Source: Hyaloraphidium curvatum SAG 235-1
Lineage: Eukaryota; Fungi; Monoblepharomycota
DNA: 64,000 nucleotides
Assembly: GCA_025558095.1 (NCBI GenBank)
Contig: JAIVFI010000018.1
Span: 658,380 to 722,379, forward strand
Reading direction: 5' to 3'
The position numbers and the translations under genes are program-made. The first letter of the stretch is position 1. Each line of letters starts with the position of its first letter. This document shows positions 49,628 to 60,510 of the stretch, piece by piece. Under the pieces are notes generated by a model. The model was not told where the DNA came from and did no database searches. It saw only the letters and a list, made by a program, of their open reading frames with translations.

Positions 49628-50164
49628 ATGCTCTCCCCCGGCGACCTGCTCCTCCCCTTCACCCGCAACGCGTCGACGGTTCCCCCCCTGCATCCCGCCC
49701 TCCCGCTCTCCCCGCGCGAGCTGGCCGCCCTGCGCGACGCCGACGCGCTGGCGAAATGGTGGCCGCTCGCGTCGGCGTGCTACGCGTCCGTGGGGGTCTG
49801 GTTCAACCGCCAATTGTGCGGCTTGGTCGACTCGCGGCTCGCGCGGATGGGGTGGGGGACGCTGCCGCGCCCCGCCACGCGGTTCCTGGCCGCGTATGCC
49901 GGGGTCGTTGGCGCCGCGGCGGGGATGGCGGGGCATCTGCAGGTCGCGCGCAAGGGGCTGCTGCGGAGCCTGCCGGCGGGCAGCGGGCTCAGGAGGAGGA
50001 TGCTGGCGGCGCAGTTCGGGGGGATGCCGTACCCGCCGCCCGCAGCGGACTGGCCCGGGGACCTGCTGGTGGAGGGTGCGGGGGAGGGGGAGGGGTCGGC
50101 GTGGGACAGGATACGCAGGGGGAACGCGGGTCAGGAGGGGGGAGGCGGCACCGGGCCGCGGTAG
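49628..50164 (+). CDS. Small hypothetical membrane protein
   Basis: ATG-initiated ORF with host-like codon bias and two hydrophobic segments. Confidence 0.5.
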   Translation: MLSPGDLLLPFTRNASTVPPLHPALPLSPRELAALRDADALAKWWPLASACYASVGVWFNRQLCGLVDSRLARMGWGTLPRPATRFLAAYAGVVGAAAGMAGHLQVARKGLLRSLPAGSGLRRRMLAAQFGGMPYPPPAADWPGDLLVEGAGEGEGSAWDRIRRGNAGQEGGGGTGPR

Positions 50165-50187
50165 CTCCGTTGGAGATCGCCCTCTCG

Positions 50188-51680
50188 CTACGATACCATC
50201 CCCGTGTTGGCGATGAACGCGCCCTCGGGCTCCCCTCCGCCTTCCCACCCTCCCGGCGCCGCCTGCCCCTCGTCGGGCTCGGGGTGGAGGCCGGGAACGT
50301 GCACCTCCCTCGCGTGCGCAAAGAAGAGCAGCGCGGGCTCGGCGTGCGGGTTGTGCAGGGAGTACATGTTTCCTGCCGCGCAGGGGGAGCGTCAGCGGGG
50401 AGGGAGGGGCGGGCAGGCGGGCACGGTACCCCTGGGAACGTGGAACATGTCGCCCGGCCGCGCCGAAATGAGGGTGCCGTTGATGTCGACCTTGATCCTG
50501 CCCCTGTGCACGAAAAAGAACTGCCCGCGCGGCGGCGCGTGAGCACGCTTCCCGACGGCCCGGAGCCCGGTCCCCCCGCCCCGGAACCCACCATCGCCTG
50601 CTCCTTGGTCGACCGCGACGGCTTCTCGGACGCCGGGTTCAGGAGCATCTGCCCGCACGCGGAGAAATCGCCCTCGCCAAACACCTTGGCGAAGCGGAAG
50701 GGGCGCGCGGAGCCGCGCTCGAAGGCGACGGTGCCGGCGCGGGAGAAGATCTCTGCGAGGGGAGGCGGTCAGCGGCAAGCGAGGCGACCCGCCCCGGCGG
50801 GGACCCACTCTGGTCCACGACCCGGTTGTCCATCACGACGGGGAACCAGCCGTCCGCCGCCGCCGCGTCCCCGGGGGCCGGGCTGTCTGCGTCCGACCCC
50901 GCCTCGGCGCGGTCCGACGCCTGCACGTCCTCGGACGCCGCACGCCGCCGCTTCCGCCCGGGCTCCACGTCCCCGTCCCGCCGCGCCTCCAGCAGCGGCC
51001 CCAGCGCGCCCAGCATGGCTTCCAGCTCCGCGACCCTCCGTTCCAGCCCTGCGTCCAGGGCGGGCCGCCCCTCCAGCCCCCGTGCCCTCGCCTCGGCGGC
51101 GTCCGCCCGCGCCCGCAGCTCCCCCACCAGCAGCGCCTGCTGCCTGTGCGCGTCGGCCAGCAGCTCCAGCTGCGCGGCGGTGCGGTCCAGCTTCTCTGCG
51201 GCCTGCTCGAGGTCGGACCGCGTCTGCGCTGCAAAGTCCCACGTCTCGTCGAGCTGTCCACCACACCCGGCATGCGACGCGTCAGCCACCGCGTCCCGCG
51301 CCCGCGGAAGAGCCCACCGTGATGGGCGGCGGCCCGAGGCCGAGCCCGGCGTGGCCCGCGCCGCCCGCCGCGTGCGCGCCGTCCCCGTTCGGCGGCCCTC
51401 CCCCGCCCGCGCCGTCCCACCCCGCCGGCTCGCCCTCCTCCGACCCGTCGCCCCCGTCCCGCGCCGTCCCGGCCTTGCCCCCGCGGCCCCGCCCCCGCCC
51501 CCGGCCGCCCTTGCCGCGCCCCCGCGCCGTCCCCCTCCCGCGCCCGCGCCCGCGGCCCCGCCCCCGGCCACGCCCCCGCGCCGCGTGCGGCGAGTCGGAG
51601 TAGCCGTCCGAGTCGGTCTCCGTCGCCGAACCCGCCGGGAAGGCCTCGGGGAACGGGCTGAGGCCAGAGCGGGAGGACAT
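50188..51680 (-). CDS. Protein with C-terminal Mif2/CENP-C-type cupin domain, N-terminal RG repeats and coiled coil
   Basis: Spliced C-terminus reads FRFAKVFGEGDFSACGQMLLNPASEKPSRSTKEQAM|FFFVHRGRIKVDINGT...GDMFHVPR|GNMYSLHN...ALLFFAHA. N-terminus has (RG)n; NLS-like RKRRR. Confidence 0.72.
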
Positions 51681-51840
51681 TCTGGTCGGTGTGGGACCGC
51701 GGGTGCGCTGCTGCGCGCGGGAATCCATCCAGCACCAGGTACCTCGACTGCCTCGCAGCTCCTCACACGCAAAGCAATCCCGTTCCAACGGCGGGTTCTC
51801 CCCAACGGCGTCGTACGATCGGATCCCCGCCGCCGCGCCC

Positions 51841-52641
51841 TCAGCCTACCCCTCCGCCCGCCTCCTGACCGCCCTCCTCCCCCGCCCCCGCCTCTTGAAC
51901 GGCCCCGTCGCGTTCCCGCCGCCGTCCCCGCCCCCGATCGGGAACGTCACAATGCCCCCGCCGCCGCCGCCGCCCAGCGTCTGCGCCGCGGGGCACGTCG
52001 CCGCCCTGACCCATGTCGACGCCGAACCCGATGCGAGCCACAGGCCGCACGCGCCGCCGGTATCGCACCCGATGCCGTCGTAGAAGGTGGCGCGGGAGCA
52101 GCCGGCCTGGGCGTCGCACTTGGCCCTGCAGGCGTCGGGGGAGCCGACCGAGGTGTCGAGCAGGGAGGTGCCGGAGCAGGAGATCCCGCCGCAGTCGATC
52201 CACGGCGGCGGGGCGTCTGCGATGGGGCCGGGTCGCGGGGGTGGGTCGGATGGCACGCGGGTCAGCGCGGGTGGAGGCCAAGCCGAGGGGAGGTCCACTC
52301 ACCCGACGAGGCATAGCGGCGGTACGGCGAGCCTCTGTCCGTCTTGACGCAGGCGACCGAGCCCTCGGGCGCGCCGGGGTGGGCGAACTCGCTGCGCGGG
52401 CGGGGCGGTCAGTCGCGCACGGCAGCGAGGCCGGGCGGCGGCGGGCGGCACCAGAACGTCTCGGGGCCGCAATCCCCGCACGAGCGGCGGAACACCGCGG
52501 CGTCTTTGAATGCGGGCCTGGCGGGGCGGGGCACGGGCCGTTTTCGTTTGCCGTTGTGGGGGCGGGAGGCGGGCGGGCGCACCTGGCGTCGGCCGCGCCG
52601 GAGAGGGCCAGGAGCGCGAGAAAAACGACGGCGGCGCGCAT
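51841..52641 (-). CDS. Small secreted Cys-rich protein (possible PAN/Apple-like module)
   Basis: Signal peptide MRAAVVFLALLALSGAADA and exon CGGISC...CRAKCDAQAGCSRATFYDGIGC...C. Splicing is uncertain. Confidence 0.5.
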   Translation of the reverse strand: MRAAVVFLALLALSGAADARCARPPPAPTTANENGPCPAPPGPHSKTPRCSAARAGIAAPRRSGAARRRPASLPCATDRPARAASSPTPARPRARSPASRRTEARRTAAMPRRVSGPPLGLASTRADPRAIRPTPATRPHRRRPAAVDRLRRDLLLRHLPARHLGRLPRRLQGQVRRPGRLLPRHLLRRHRVRYRRRVRPVARIGFGVDMGQGGDVPRGADAGRRRRRGHCDVPDRGRGRRRERDGAVQEAGAGEEGGQEAGGGVG

Positions 52642-53485
52642 TCCGGCGGCCGGCGGTCGGGGGTCCGGCAATCTCGCCGCTGGCCGGATGGTCCGGATGG
52701 TCGGGCGGACCCTGTGCGATGGGGCCGAGCCAGGCGGGTGCGGCCGGGAATTTGTGCGCAGTCGGTCATTGCGCCCCCACATGCCGCCGGGCCGGCATAC
52801 ACGTAGCAAGTGGCGATGCGACGTACGGCGCGTAAGCTGTTTTCCGATCGGCTGCCGAAGCGCCGGAGCACGGGGTCGTCCGACGCGCCACCCGATGGTC
52901 CCGCCCCGCCCGCCCCTCCTCGGCGCATCGGGGCCGGTGCGGCCGGATCGGTGATTCGACCGGCCCTGAAAGGAATTCTTCCCGATCATCGCACGAGAGA
53001 GGTTGGTACTGCTGGGCGGCACGGATCGGCTGGTCCGGTTGGCGTGGCAGGCACCCGACTGGAAGGCCGCTTTCCGTCGCACCGGCCCCCAGCCCGACGG
53101 ATCGGACGGCGGCGCCATCCCACCGTGGATGCTAGCTTCCGGCAGGGACGCAGCACCGTTTGGAACGGCGCATCCGGCGGTGCGATCTTTCACGTGCGTC
53201 GCCCTGGACCCATCGCCCCCACTCACCTCGCCTTCCCCTGTCGACAACGGATCATTTGCGGGGCACGGCGCTCCCAATGAGGCGCAGCTCCCACAATACG
53301 CCCCTCCGTGTCCAGATGTCCGCGATTGGGCTTCCAAGTGGATCCCTCGTGGGGTCACGAGCGCCGAGGTCCAGACTCCGGAGAACGCGCCACCTGACAC
53401 CCACGGCCCAGCCCTATCTTCCCCCTGCCCACGACCCGCAGCGGGCGCGTCTCCGCCCCGGAATCGGCGCCGCAGCAATACCGAT

Positions 53486-54680
53486 ATGCAAACCGACGTG
53501 AAGAGGCGCGGAAACCGCGCGGCAACGCGCTTCCCGGCGCCCCACGGCGTGTCTCCCACGGCCGTCGACTCAGGGATCCCGCCACCCGCTCCTCCCCGGC
53601 TCCCTCGCGCCTCGTTGCCCGCCCCCCGCGCTCCTCCGCGCCGCAATCGACGCGTCCCGTGCGCCCCCCTCGCCTCCGCTGTCCCCCTCGGCGCGCTGCT
53701 CGCCCTCCTCGGCCCAACCCCGCGGTGCACAGCCCAGCCCGTCCCCGCCCCCGACCAGTTCAACCGCACCATGGCGACGGTCCACGACAACGCGGCCAAC
53801 TCGACGTACATGGACGACCAGCGCAAGCTCGCGGCCTCGCTGGCGCCGACCTCGGCCACCCCGCCCCCCGAGCAGGTCGCCAAGGGATCCGGGGCCGCCA
53901 CGAGCGTGACGATCGCCATGGCGGTGGTGTTTTCATTCATCGGCGCGTTCGTGCTGTACCGGTTCGGGATCAGGCGGTGCGTCCGCGGACACGTGGGTCG
54001 CCTGCCCCCCGTCCCTTCCTCCCTGCCTCGTACGCTGACCCCCCTACCTTGTTCCCCAGCAAATACAGACCCCCGCCAAGCGCCCGCGCCGCCGCGCGTC
54101 CCACGCGTACCCGCCGGACCCCTCCGACCCCAACTTCGGCATCGTCCTCTCGCAGGCCGAGTGCGATGCGCTGTTCCCGGAGCACCCCTTCCGCGGGGAA
54201 GGCGAGGGCGGCATCGCGCCGGGGTACAGGGAGTACCGCAGCGCGCACTCCCCTCCCACGGAAAAGGGGGATGCGTCCGGGGAGGACAAGTTCAGGGACG
54301 AGGAGATGGGCTGCGCCGTGTGCCTCGCGGCCTTCCGCCCCGGGCTGCCGGTGCGCACGGTGCCGTGCTGCAGCAGGGGGTTCCACTCGGCCTGCCTGGA
54401 GGAATGGGTCACGGCGCGGAGGGCGGTGTGCCCCGTGTGCAGGTTCGCGTTCCACAGGCGGGGGGTGGACGCGGCGGAGAGGGGGGAGAGGAGGGTGCAC
54501 GCGGGGTACGAGGAGCTGGCGGCGGCGAGGGAGGCGATCAGACGGGGGGCGATGGGGGGTGCCGGGAGGGCGCCGACGGTGGTTGCCGTGGCGGAGGTTC
54601 CGGCTGCCGGGGCCGAGGGGGGGGAGATGGTGCAGGCGCCGCCGGTCGCGAGGCCGGAGCCGGCGCGCCTCGGCGACTAA
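53486..54680 (+). CDS. Transmembrane RING-H2-like E3 ligase (start uncertain)
   Basis: TM VTIAMAVVFSFIGAFVLYRFG; intron near 53993-54059; RING CAVCL...PCCSRGFHSACLEEW...CPVCR. Confidence 0.7.
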
Positions 54681-54927
54681 ACCGGGTGGGCCGGATCGGG
54701 CATTGGACGGGGCGCAATTATAGGTTCGCCGTCGTTGGATCGTCGGATCGTTGGATCGGGAGGAGGTCGCTCAAAGGTCGGGTCGGCAGTCTGCCGTCGT
54801 TGGTCGGGCGGGGAAGCGGTCGTGCCGCGCGACCGTGTAAATTGCGATCGTTCCGTGCAATGCGGGTATCGGAGTCTCTGTTCATCCGTCGACGTCCGCC
54901 GCGTCCCAGCAATCCAGGGCCCCGCGC

Positions 54928-55783
54928 CTACCACGGTATCCTCTCCCTCTTGTAGTCGAAGAACCCGCCCCCGTCCTCCTTCCCCAACCCCGCGACGACG
55001 TCCAGCAGCATCCCCGCCGCCTCGTCGGGGGCGAATATGCGGTGCTTCACGCCGCCGGAGAAGTTCCTGGACATGTCCGTGGCGACGGTGCCCGGGTGCA
55101 GCGCGACGCAGAGCACGTTCTTCCTGCCGAGCTCGGCCTGCATCGTGGCGACGAGCTGGTTCAGCGCCGCTGTCCCCGGATGCACGGCGGTCAGCGCCCG
55201 GGGCCGCGTGCGGGGAGGCCGGCCCACCTTTCGACGCGCGGTACGAGTACCAGCCCCCGAGCTTGTTGTCCCCGATGCTCCCCGTGCGCGCGGACATGCT
55301 GGCCAGCACGCTTCCCTTGTGTTTCACGAACTCCGGGTCGGCGAATTCCCGCGGGGGCTGGGCGGAGTAGAGGAGGCCGCGCCCGGCGAAATGCTTGGCG
55401 GTGAGCACCGGCCCGAACGCGTTCGCGAGGAAGTGGTGCCGCAGCGTGTCCGCCGTCACGCCCTGCAGCGATTTCTCGGGCGCCAGCACGCCCGCGACGT
55501 TGAACAGCAGGCGGACCGAGTTGCGGCCGTACAGCCGCTCGGCCTCCTCCGCCGCGCGCGCGAGCGACGCCTCGTCGGTCACGTCCGCCGGCAGCGCGGT
55601 CAATCGCGACACGGCATCGTCGGGCAGCTCCGCCTGCGCTCGATAGGCGGCGTCCGGGTCGCGCGCCAGGGCGAGCACCTCGACGCCCGGGTGCCGGCGC
55701 AGCACGGCGCGGACGAGGGCGGCGCCGATGCCGCGGGAGGCGCCGCTGATCACGGCGACGCCCGATGGCGCGGGGATCGACAT
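54928..55783 (-). CDS. CsgA/C-factor-like short-chain dehydrogenase
   Basis: VISGASRGIG, NVAG, SARTGSIGDNKLGGWYSYRASK|ALNQ and LHPGTVATDMS. One intron. Confidence 0.88.
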
Positions 55784-56559
55784 CGCGGGGATCGGGGTGG
55801 AAGGTCGGCGGTGTTTGGGACGCCGGGAGCGAAGATGGATCGGGTCGGGTAAACCTGGCGTGCGGGGACCCTGGACGATCGGGAGGGGTTGGAGGCGGAC
55901 GGTGCGCGACGGGGACGGGGGAGTGCGCCGCGATCCCTCCACAGGTGCGGGCATTCCGTGTTTCGATCCGATCGGCTGGCGGAAATAGGGGGAGGCCACG
56001 TGCGGGCATTCGGCGAACGGCTTGGGGGGGCTTCGCGCCTCCAACCCTTCCTCGATACCGATCGCGAGGTTTCCGCCTCGCGGCCACTATGCGGCCGGCG
56101 AGGCGGGTCCCACCCCCGCGGTTTCATCGCCGCAGCCGCCCGCCGGCCGTGGTGGCGGCCGGGCGGGATCCGAGCGGCCTCGACGGCCGTGTGCTGCGGG
56201 GCCGGGGACGCTCGCGGTGCATCGCGCGCCCGGCGATCGGCGCATCGGAGCGGGCCCATACTCTTCCATCCCGGCAGGCGCGGGGACGAGGGACGCGGGG
56301 CACCAGCCACGGGGGCGGATGGATGGATCGGGCCGGGGGCGGCTGCCTGCCGCGCCGATTGCCGCGTTGCCGCCGTCGAAAACCACACAACCGCGGGGGA
56401 ACGCCCGGCGATGGGGCGGCCCCGGGGCGGCAGGAGCGCGCGCTGAGAGCGCGGAAGGAGCGCGAGTGCGGTGGCCGCCGGGCGGGCGGGCGCGGCGGGC
56501 CGCTCCTCTGCTCCGCGAGGGCGCGACGAGCTTCAGGGCCCCGGTAGTACCCCGGGACC

Positions 56560-58848
56560 ATGGAGCAGCCCAAGAAGCCGCGCAACCGGCCGTGCCTGCT
56601 CTGCCAACGGAAGCGCACCAAGTGCGACGCGGACACGCCGTGCCAGCGCTGCAGGCTGAACGGGGAGGACTGCGTGCGCACGCCGCCGGAACAGCCCGCC
56701 CCGCCAAAGGCCCGGCGGCCCTCCCAGCAGTCTCAGCAGCCGTCGGCCCACCAGCCGCCGCAGAAGAAGGCCCCGAAGGCCGAGAAGGCGGGGCCGGCGG
56801 GGGCGGGCAGGGCGGCGGGGGCCGCGCGGGCGTTCCCGGCCCCGCCCCCCGCGGGCGGCTCCCCCTCCCGCAGCGCGCCCGCGGTCCCGCTGCCGCAGGC
56901 CGCCGCGCAGATCCCGTGGACGGGGCCGCCGGGGGCCGCGACGCCGTCGTCGACCGCCTCGCCGTGGCCGCCGCCCGCCTCGCCGTGGGCCGCGCCGGGC
57001 CTGCTGGCGATGGGCCCCGCGCTGATCGGCGGCCTGCCGCTGGCCGCGCCGCTGGCCGCGCCGCTGGCCGCGCCGCCCGCAGCCCTCTTCGCCTTCCCGC
57101 CGCCGCCGGCCCGCCCCGCCCTGCAGCCGTCGCCGCTCGGCGCGGACCCCGGCCTGGCCCCCGGCGCGCTCGCCGCCCTCGCGGACGCCTTCTTCTCCTC
57201 CACGCACTTTACCATGGTGCACCGCGGCCTGTTCCGGCGCGCGCACGGCACGGAGCGCGCACCGCCCGCCATCGCCCGCGCCTACCGCCACCCGCTGCTG
57301 CTGCTCGCCATGGCGTGGCTCGGCGCGCGGATGGCCGCAGGCGCGGACCAGGCAAGCACGCCGCCGCCGCAGTCGGCAGTCGCCGCCTCGCGCGCCGACT
57401 CGCTCGACGCCGTCGCGCTGCGCCTGCGGACGATGCTCGAGGCGCACGCCGAGAGGGAGCTCGCCCGGCTGCACGCCGAGCTGTCGGCGGGCGCCGTCGG
57501 CCGCGCCGCCATGACCCCCGACAATCTGGGCGTGCTGACCGCGCTGATCCTGTCGCTGCGCGGCTTCTGGGTCGAGCGGAACCCCGGGACGAACTTCCTC
57601 CCCCTCCTGACCACCGTGCTCGGCCTGGTGCGCGACATGGGCGTCGCCGGGGAGCTCGCCCGGTCGGGCACCGAATCCACCGACGTCGACGCCTTCCTCG
57701 CGGACCAGGAGTGGCTCTCGATGCTGTGGGCCGTCGCCGTGCTGGATTTGAACTCCTTCTCGGGCGGCGTCAAGCCCGAGGTCGTGATACCCTGGTCCTC
57801 CTTGTACCAGCTGCGGTTCCCCTCCCCCGCGCGGCTGCACGACGCCGCCGTCGACCGCGCCGCGCTGGACCCCGCCCTGGCGCCGCCGTCGAACCGGCAG
57901 CTCCTCCTGGAGGCCGGCGAGGGGAGCGGCACCGCGCAGCGCGTGGCGGACGTGATCGCCGCCGAGCCGCCCAAGCCGTTCGACCTGGGGGCGTCGGGGC
58001 TGGCGGCCTACAACTTTGCCGTGTCGGCGCTGCGGTCCCGCATCGCGGTGCTCGACGCCGCGCTGTCCGCGGCGTCGCTCTCGATGCTGGACCTGGCCGT
58101 CGTCGAGGACCTGACCGAGCGCGGCGCCCCCGTGCGGGAACAGCGCGTCCTCCTGAACCCCGAGCTCATGAGGCTCCTGCGCCGCCGGCGCACCCTCCTC
58201 GCCGCCTGCGCCGCCCTCCGCGCCGCGCTCCCCGCCCGCCTGGCCGAGCTCGCCGCGCAGGGCGACATCCCCGGCCTCCGGACCTACTCCTCCGCCGCGT
58301 TCGGCCACCCGCGCGGCACGTACGACCTCTGGGCCGTGCTGATGCAGCTCGACGGCGCGCAGCTCTCCCTGCTGGGCGCCGACCCGCGGCTGTCCCCGGC
58401 GGCGGCGGGCGGCGACGAGTGGTCGGCGCAGTACGCCCTCACGGGCGCGATGATCGACGCCGTCGCACGCGCGCAGGCGATCGCCGCCTACGCCCGCACG
58501 CGCGTGCACCGCCCGCAGGCCGCCGACGGCGTGCTGGCGCCCTTTTGCCAGCCCATGTGGATCGCCGCCGCCGCCTCGCTCGCCGCCCTCGCGTCGTGGG
58601 TGCGCACGGGGTTCCCGCGGACCGAGGGCAACGCGCGGATCGCGGCGGGGATGCTGGACGACGCAGAGGTGTGCCTCGTCGCGGCCGAGGGGAGGGCGAC
58701 GGGGCCCGCCGTGGCGAGGGTCAGGGGGTTCGTGCTGGCCGAGAGGGCGAGGGGGTCGCCGAGGAGCGAGGGCAGCGGGAGCTTCGGCGGGTCCGAGGGG
58801 GCGGGGCTGTGGTCCGCGAGCGTGCGGAGCGGGTCCGACCGACAATGA
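56560..58848 (+). CDS. Zn(II)2Cys6 transcription factor
   Basis: PCLLCQRKRTKCDADTPCQRCRLNGEDC followed by a helical middle domain. Confidence 0.85.
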   Translation: MEQPKKPRNRPCLLCQRKRTKCDADTPCQRCRLNGEDCVRTPPEQPAPPKARRPSQQSQQPSAHQPPQKKAPKAEKAGPAGAGRAAGAARAFPAPPPAGGSPSRSAPAVPLPQAAAQIPWTGPPGAATPSSTASPWPPPASPWAAPGLLAMGPALIGGLPLAAPLAAPLAAPPAALFAFPPPPARPALQPSPLGADPGLAPGALAALADAFFSSTHFTMVHRGLFRRAHGTERAPPAIARAYRHPLLLLAMAWLGARMAAGADQASTPPPQSAVAASRADSLDAVALRLRTMLEAHAERELARLHAELSAGAVGRAAMTPDNLGVLTALILSLRGFWVERNPGTNFLPLLTTVLGLVRDMGVAGELARSGTESTDVDAFLADQEWLSMLWAVAVLDLNSFSGGVKPEVVIPWSSLYQLRFPSPARLHDAAVDRAALDPALAPPSNRQLLLEAGEGSGTAQRVADVIAAEPPKPFDLGASGLAAYNFAVSALRSRIAVLDAALSAASLSMLDLAVVEDLTERGAPVREQRVLLNPELMRLLRRRRTLLAACAALRAALPARLAELAAQGDIPGLRTYSSAAFGHPRGTYDLWAVLMQLDGAQLSLLGADPRLSPAAAGGDEWSAQYALTGAMIDAVARAQAIAAYARTRVHRPQAADGVLAPFCQPMWIAAAASLAALASWVRTGFPRTEGNARIAAGMLDDAEVCLVAAEGRATGPAVARVRGFVLAERARGSPRSEGSGSFGGSEGAGLWSASVRSGSDRQ

Positions 58849-58894
58849 TTGTAGGGCACGTCCGCGCGATACACCGCCGGCCTGCCCCTGACAG

Positions 58895-60248
58895 CTACCC
58901 GTGCTTGCGCCGCGCCGAGACCGCCTCGCGCATCGCCCTGCCCCCCCACAGGGCCACGAACGCCTCCCTCTCGGCCTCCACCTCCCGCGCCTCGTCCGCG
59001 TCCGCCGACGCGCCCCGCGCCGCGCGCTTCATCGCCCGCACGGCCTCGGGCGGGTGCGGCGACGGCTTGGGGACCTGGTGGTCCAAATACACGGCGGGGG
59101 CGAGGAAGGCCAGGGCTTCGCGGACGATGTGGTCGTCCGAATCCCCGGCGCCGGACATGACGAGGCGGTCCGCGAATCTGCGATGCGCCGGGACACGTCA
59201 GGTTCAGACGGGGAACCCGCCCAGGCCGACGACCCACCCCGTCCGCTCCATCTCGTCGTGCTCCAGCCGCTTCGTGGACGTGAGCCACCGCATCGCCGTC
59301 TTTGTCCCCACGAGCCGCCTGAGGAAGGTGGCGCCGCCCCACGCCGTGGTCAGGCCGATCTTGACCTGCACGAAGCGGACGAACGCGTTGTCGGTGAGGA
59401 CGCGGAAGTCGCACGCGGCGGCGATCTCGGCGCCGCCTCCCTGTACGGGCGGGGGGCGCAAGTCAGCTTCGACCCCGCGTCTGGTGGGGAGCGAGCCAGG
59501 CAACCCACGATGGCGAACCCGTCCACCGCCGCCACGCTCATCAGATCCAGCCGCCTCAGCCGGAGCAGCGCCTCCCCCATCGCCACGCTCATCTCGTACC
59601 CGCCCCCCTTCACCTCCTCTTCCGTCGTGCCCTCCCCCGCCACGCCGATCATGGCCGCGAGGTCGAGGTCGAACCCGGCGCAGAAGGTGCGGGCGGCGCC
59701 GGCGAGGACCACGGCGACGAGGGGGTTGGGGCGGGGGCCGGGCGGCGCGGAGAGGACGGTTTCGAGGGCCGAGACGGCGTCGTGGAATTGCGCAATCATG
59801 GGCGCCGAGATTGCGTTCCTGGAAACGGGCGGGGGTAAGCCGCGTGCAGGGTGGGCCGGAACACGCGCAGGTACCTCTTGGAGACGTTGTTGAATCGGAT
59901 CAGCGCCACGCCGGGGGCGTAGTTGAGCTGCAGAGTCACGGTGCCGGCGGACACCGCGGCGGTGGCCTTGCCCGCGGTGGGCGACGTCGGTGAGGCCGGG
60001 GAAGGCGCGGATCCACCCATCGCACGGAATTTCTCCACTATGGCCTCGACTTCAGAGCGTTTTGCCCCGTCTCCGTTCGGTGCGGGGGCCGCAGGAGGCT
60101 CGGGCGCATGTGCCTCCTCGCCCGGCGCGTCCGCCGTTCCAGGCGCCGCATCGCCGCCCGGAGCCGCGGCCACCGCGTCCTGCGACGGCTCCTCGGCGCC
60201 GCCAAAGGCCTCGAGGACCTCGGCGGGGGCTTCGGACGGGCTGCTCAT
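58895..60248 (-). CDS. Crotonase-superfamily protein (ECHDC1/ethylmalonyl-CoA decarboxylase-like)
   Basis: FCAGFDL, VAAVDGFAI|GGGAEIAAACDFR and FVQVKIGLTTAWGGATFL. Three introns. Confidence 0.82.
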
Positions 60249-60510
60249 CGCGAGATGAGGAGGGCGGGGTCTGAGAGGTGCGCGTTGCGCGCCCCCCTTA
60301 TCGCGGCTTCGGATTGGTGGGCAGCTGTGAGGAGATTGGCGTCGATTAAACTGGAGGAGCACGGTACGATTGAATTTGAGTGGATGGATGGTTCCGGGCT
60401 CCGACGACGTGATCGATGCCGCAAGAGCACTGTTCCATTGTTGCTCGCTTCCGAACGACCGGCGTCAGGAAAACGAAGGTGCAATCGAATCGCCCTGACA
60501 CCGGATGGAG

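Noticed and set aside
56022-59993. 1323-aa ORF and other long Arg/Pro/Gly-rich ORFs (e.g. 49498-51603, 51841-53940, 56533-58845)
   Set aside because: These are shadow frames caused by very high GC, overlapping better-supported genes.
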